From Terrimicrobiaceae bacterium (GTDB lineage Bacteria; Verrucomicrobiota; Verrucomicrobiia; Chthoniobacterales; Terrimicrobiaceae), in contig JBGSVZ010000057.1 in NCBI GenBank assembly GCA_041752695.1, forward strand, positions 1 to 23,373: DNA of 23,373 nt, in the 5' to 3' direction. The notes beneath the pieces are model-generated. The model did no database searches, was not told the DNA's origin, and worked only from the letters and a program-made list of their open reading frames with translations. This document shows positions 19,022 through 23,373 of this stretch, in pieces; the first letter of the stretch is position 1; each line of letters opens with the position of its first letter. The translations under genes and the position numbers were made by a program.

Positions 19022-20296
19022 TCAGGCCCGCCGGTTCCGGCGCGTGACCAACAGGGTCGTGAGTCCTAAAGTCAGCAGAGCCCAAGCCGCTGGCTCAGGA
19101 ACAGCCGTGATCGTCAACACATTGGTGCTGTTCGTATAGCTGTAGTCGAAGCCTCCGATGTTCGTTCCCACGAAATCCGAACCGCTAGCACTGAGCGCAT
19201 TGCCATTGACGTTCATGCTGGCGAACGTGCCCGAAAAGCCCGAGCCGCTGGTCAGGTTGTAGGTGCCCGCCGTGATGCCGGAGAGCGAGAGCGTGACTGC
19301 GGCGCTCCCTTTGAGCAATCCACTACCTGCTGAAGCTGTCAGCGAAACTGCCGTCCATCCATCGGAAAGATTGCCGGAGAGGGTCAGACTTGTAGGCGCG
19401 AATGAACTGCCGGCTGCCGAGGTGAGCAACGCGGCCCCTTCCGTTAGGCTCAGAGGGCGTCCGATCGAGGCACCATTCGCATTCTCGAGAACTGCTCCGT
19501 TGGCGACCGAGATGCCGGAGGTGGAGTTGATCGAGCCACCGGCGGCGACCAACAAAGTTCCATCGGATACGATCGTTGCGCCGCTGTAGGTATTCACGCC
19601 GCTGAGTGTAACAGCACCAGAACCGGACCGATTGACGGTGAGCGCGGTGACACCAGTGCCTGCGGTAGCACTGTCCGTGATTGCTTCGGAGAAAGCAATT
19701 CCACCGGCCCCGCTACCAGTCAAGTTAAGCACGTAGGTCGATGCGGTTGCAGTGTTGGAATTCCCCACGGATACAATCGTGAGATTATTACTAGAGTTAT
19801 TTGTCCAGGTTTGAGTGGCTCCGAGTAAAACACCTCGGTTTGTCGCCTGGCCTATCGAGCTCGCACCAGCGTTGGCGTTCATAACGATGCCGCTTGCACC
19901 GACGACGAGCCTATTCGCGCCCGCGCCCGTCCCAATGTTGAAACCTGACTTGGTTGCGGTTGTGCCATCGCCGATGATGATGCCAGCTATACTGCGACCT
20001 GTAGTGGTGGCCAGGGGATCGAACGCATAGGTGGCACTATTAAACAAAGCGATGTCCGACGTAATATTATTGGCGGGGGTCGTTCCTCCGACCCAGTTGC
20101 CAGACGGAGCCCAATTTTGATTACCGGCAGTGGGGCTCCAAGATATGGTAGCCGCGAGCACCGGTTGACTGATACTCACCGAAACCAGCAAAGCCAGCAG
20201 CGCAGCACCGCCAACGAAGCGACGGCGAAGATGTTTGACGGGGACGGAGCTGGCGCTCGAAAGCAAAGGACCGCTGAGGGAAAGATGAGTTTTCAT
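19022..20296 (-). CDS. PEP-CTERM sorting-domain surface protein with an autotransporter-associated beta-strand (PATR) repeat; likely start ATG 20296
   Basis: C-terminus VPEPAAWALLTLGLTTLLVTRRNRRA (PEP, TM helix, Arg cluster). PATR repeat SGSGAVTLSGVNTYSGATIVSDGTLLV. Body rich in Gly/Ser/Thr/Asn/Ala. N-terminal signal ends in VLA. Confidence 0.92.
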   Translation of the reverse strand: MKTHLSLSGPLLSSASSVPVKHLRRRFVGGAALLALLVSVSISQPVLAATISWSPTAGNQNWAPSGNWVGGTTPANNITSDIALFNSATYAFDPLATTTGRSIAGIIIGDGTTATKSGFNIGTGAGANRLVVGASGIVMNANAGASSIGQATNRGVLLGATQTWTNNSSNNLTIVSVGNSNTATASTYVLNLTGSGAGGIAFSEAITDSATAGTGVTALTVNRSGSGAVTLSGVNTYSGATIVSDGTLLVAAGGSINSTSGISVANGAVLENANGASIGRPLSLTEGAALLTSAAGSSFAPTSLTLSGNLSDGWTAVSLTASAGSGLLKGSAAVTLSLSGITAGTYNLTSGSGFSGTFASMNVNGNALSASGSDFVGTNIGGFDYSYTNSTNVLTITAVPEPAAWALLTLGLTTLLVTRRNRRA

Positions 20297-20373
20297 GGGA
20301 AGTTGCGAATCGCAGGGGGAGGTTCTGAGTGGGTTGACTTTTTGCTGAGGGGGAATTGAAACCGTCATGTTTT

Positions 20374-20404
20374 TGGATTTATACCAAAGCCGATTGCCCG
20401 TCAA
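20374..20404 (-). promoter_or_regulatory. Putative promoter/operator upstream of the PEP-CTERM gene
   Basis: Minus strand TTGACG (20404-20399), then TGGTATAAATCCA (20386-20374), the third copy of the shared motif. The -35/-10 spacing is 15 nt, which is short. Confidence 0.4.
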
Positions 20405-20519
20405 ATGATTTTTGGGAAAATTCTGGAAAGGTCTCTTTTGTAGGCCTGTCGCCTCGCTCTGGGTTATGGCTCAAGGATTATCGAGGGGTTCGTGCCGCCA
20501 TTGGAACCCGCCGACCGAT

Positions 20520-20945
20520 TTTTTAATATACCAGGTTTCCCGGCGCCCGACCTCGAGGACCTGCTTCCTTTCCTGAATCCTAGTCTGATATTCGGGGCGC
20601 GAAAACGAAGTTTTGGATTTGTTCGGGATCGGTTTGGTCGTCGTAGAACTCCAAGGAACCGCGGTTGTGTTCGAGTTCCTGAAGGACTTTGCAGGGGAGC
20701 GGGAACTAATCCGTGCGAATTGTGCTCGGCAAAAAGGGATTGGCGGCCGGGCAAGTTTTGGGAATCTCGCGAGAGGTTCGGCCAGAGGGACTTACCCTGG
20801 ACGGTGTTTGGGATTTCCAGCTTGGGGAAATCGAGGATCGCGGGCATGAGATCGATCAGCGAGACCAAGGTCGCACTCCGCTGGTCGGTAACCACTCCCG
20901 GACCTTGCAAGATCATCGGGATGCGCAGCCCTGCCGAGCAGGGGG
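20520..20945 (-). pseudogene. Degenerate C-terminal fragment of an S1 sulfatase (5' part deleted, at least two frameshifts)
   Basis: One frame gives GLRIPMILQGPGV..LVSLIDLMPAILD..VQGKSL..FAEHNSHG. A second frame gives LEFYDDQTDPEQIQNF (~20610-20654), the degenerate ELYDLxxDPxExxNL motif. A third gives PEYQTRIQERKQVLEVGRRET. No CxPxR motif and no signal peptide. Confidence 0.8.
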
Positions 20946-21007
20946 GAGGCCCAATGTGGCGGATTTGTAAACAAACCCGCAACGATGGCTACGTGATCAA
21001 TTCCTGC

Positions 21008-23233
21008 TTATTCGGATTCATTACCGAGGCGGTCAAGAGCCGTGACCTTATAAAGATCGGTCATAGCAACCACCGCCGTTTGATCAAGGTAAACACTGCG
21101 TGTGACGTTTGAGGCGATTAACGTGTACGTAGAGGTGCCGGAGTTTCGCCGATAGACGTTGTAGCCGCCCAAATCCGCTTCCGTGTTATCCGCCCAGTCC
21201 AATCGGACAAAACCGGAGTCCATCGTGACAGTCAGCATGGTCGGCGCGGCTGGCGGAAGCGATTCGGTCGGCGTTACCGTTACTTTATTGCTGTTGTCAG
21301 ACTCCTCGCCCGAGGCACCCACCGCCCGCACCATATAGCTATAGGCGATGCCATTAAAAGCGGTGGTATCGGTAAAGGTGTTGCCGGTCACTTGACCGAT
21401 CTGCAGGGATCCGTAGGAGTCCGGCATTCTCCGGTAAACGCGGCAGCCCGCCGGACTGCTGCCCGACCAGTTTAACTGCACGGATTTGTCTCCGGGAACC
21501 GCCGTCAGGAGGGTCGGAGCTGCGGGAAACGGGCCGGTCTCGGCATAAACTTTGAAAGATTCCAGAGTGCCATCTGTTACACCAAGTTGCAGATCTTCCC
21601 TTCCCGCATCCGTTAAAATAGGCCTGAAGCTGTTGCCGGAAGACAGCGGGGTGGACGTATTTGTCCAGATCAGGTTGGCAGGCCGCAGGTCGACCCGGTG
21701 CGTCCCGTTGGTAACCGGCTTTCCCTCGTTGAAGTGGAGGAATTGGGTCGAGCCGTCCGCCAGCTGGTAGCCGATCGATGCCTGAAACCCATCTTTTGTT
21801 ACGCCAGAAACCGTGATCTCGGCATAAGCCATCCGGAAAACTTTCCCGGCGGATGCCATGCCGAGGGCATACTGGGGAGAAACGCGCGGAGCGAAGCTAA
21901 ACTCATTCTCATAGCCGTCCGGCGCGCTGGGAGAAAGCCCGACATTTCCCGGAGCCACCACCGCCGGGCTCAATAAGCCAGGAAGAGTACCGGTTTTGAA
22001 AAGACCGGAAACGGAAGAGATGAGTGCCGTATTAATCGAGCGGTCGGCGTTAAGCGCCGCGGTGGTATAGGCCGTCCCGGGTTGCAAACCCAGCCCGAGC
22101 CCGGAGAAATTCTGGGTGAAAAGAACGCTGTACGAAGCGGGATTAAAGGCGTTCACAGCAGGTGCCGTGAAGGTTTCGGACACGTTGCTCAGCCGGGCAG
22201 AATAAAGGCTGGACGAGCCACTGCATACCGCTAGTCCGGCCAGCGAAATGCCGGAGACCACACGCGTCCCGGCCCGCTCCCAGTCGAATCCGTTGGTCGA
22301 ATAGTCGGCGATAAAGAGATTGCCCCTCCGTGTCAGCCGGACCCAGCAGGGCCAGCCGACGGTGGCAATCGTCTTCTCCACACTGGCGGCACCGGCGGTG
22401 CTACGATAAGTAAACGACAGCGTGTTGTTTGTCTTGGCTCCGATAAATACGAACGGGGCATCCGCGCCGGTTCCGGCACGAACCATCAAGCCGGCGCACG
22501 CCTGCGCGGACGGACCGCCGAACTGGTCAATCCGCGCCACCAGCGTTCCGTTGTTGGTACACGATTTATACAGATACCGGAACCGGTCGCTCGTTCCGCT
22601 CAGACCTGAACCGGCTCCCGAGATGTTGTAAACGCAGTCCCAGTGCGTCGCATTCCCGGCCAGCGAGGGAGACCCGATATGCGCACTGGTCTCAAAGAGT
22701 CCGCGGATTCCGTAGTCATACACCGCTTCGTTAAACGTGGACGCGACCCCGCCGGTCTTTTTGCTCACGATACTGTAAAAGGCCATTGGATCGTCACCCG
22801 GCGGTTTAATGATGGTTCGCGGCGGATTTGTCGTATTGAGATAATCCACACTGAGGAGATATTTCATAATGGCCCAGGCCCCCACGACTGCCTGATCGGT
22901 GTACGCATTAAAGGTGCTGTACTCGGAAGCTTGCAGTACCACATCCGTGCGCTGGGCCCACTCCTCTGTGGTGCACCCTATTCCCTCATAGGTGCTGGTC
23001 ACCGTGATCGCCCGGCAGCGGTCATCCCCCCAGGTTACATTGGGGACGACGCCTGGACGCCACCCGAACATTGGATAGCCGTCGGTGTTGCGATGACCGG
23101 CCACTTCGAGGTGATAGCGGTCCAGATGGGTGCGGTATTGCGCCGGAAGAGCCGCATAGGAATTCTGCCAGTCTATCGACTGGGTCGTCTTCATGAACAT
23201 AACCAAAAGAGGTTTTCCGTTAGGGGCGTATTC
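21008..23233 (-). pseudogene. Remnant of a large extracellular multidomain protein: unknown N-terminal part, DUF1349/ConA-like domain, unknown domain, two FN3 domains; apparently truncated at both ends
   Basis: DUF1349-like segment IGSPSLAG..SGAGSGLSGTSDRFRYLY..AGLMVR..WVRLTRRGN..YSTNG..W (~22180-22685). FN3 repeats PAAPT..L.W..Y.VYR..Y.V.A...G.ES (~21008-21525). No signal peptide. The track's TTG start is the last 3 nt of the putative IS end. The stop falls right after GNESE, before the last FN3 strand. Confidence 0.7.
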
Positions 23234-23373
23234 CAACGGTGTTGAAAGAAGAAGCTAAATGGAAGCATAAGAATGCCTAAGGGAAGCGATAAGAGTGAGC
23301 CAGGGAGCCTCGCGGGTGAGCGAGGCGCGCAACCAGCGCAAGAATTTGACGGTGCGCTGGGTGAGGCGGAGAG
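23234..23373 (-). mobile_element. Right end of a probable insertion sequence (DDE, possibly IS4-like), continuing beyond the window
   Basis: The ORF tail below ends 21 nt before a candidate terminal inverted repeat (plus strand CAACGGTGTTGAAAGAAG from 23234). That repeat abuts an abruptly headless gene. Confidence 0.55.
23255..23371 (-). CDS. C-terminal 38 aa of a probable transposase (partial)
   Basis: Manual translation LRLTQRTVKFLRWLRASLTREAPWLTLIASLRHSYASI*. From memory, unverified, it resembles C-termini of IS4-family transposases of Verrucomicrobiota. Confidence 0.5.
   Translation of the reverse strand, partial: LRLTQRTVKFLRWLRASLTREAPWLTLIASLRHSYASI

Noticed and set aside
20524..20533. 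TGGTATATT as a fourth copy of the TGGTATA motif
   Set aside because: It lacks the TCCA arm and falls at the end of the degenerate sulfatase coding relic.
1..23373. CRISPR array, diversity-generating retroelement, rRNA/tRNA or defence system
   Set aside because: I saw no regularly spaced direct repeats, no reverse transcriptase or template/variable repeat pair, and no structural RNA gene or defence-protein motifs.

Overview
A GC-rich bacterial window, probably Verrucomicrobiota (inferred from the PEP-CTERM/PATR protein and the enzyme repertoire). Every credible gene lies on the minus strand. In transcription order (right to left) it holds: the 3' end of a probable IS transposase and its terminal repeat; a doubly truncated DUF1349-like/FN3 surface-protein remnant; a frameshifted sulfatase relic; a PEP-CTERM surface protein; an ~18 kb degradation cluster of four GH106 alpha-L-rhamnosidases interleaved with three Cys-type S1 sulfatases, all with signal peptides; and the 5' part of a serine recombinase that the ORF track missed. 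The best candidate for a novel system is this locus, which looks dedicated to a sulfated rhamnose-containing glycan, has no SusC/D pair in the window, and is bracketed by a recombinase and an IS. Its GH106 paralogues differ in accessory modules: F5/8-type inserts in two, and a Cys-free SUEL/rhamnose-lectin-like insert in one. They also have hypervariable AT-rich loops and one in-frame heptamer-repeat tract. The intergenic spacers share at least two candidate operator motifs. Family assignments come from motif recognition only; no database searches were run.
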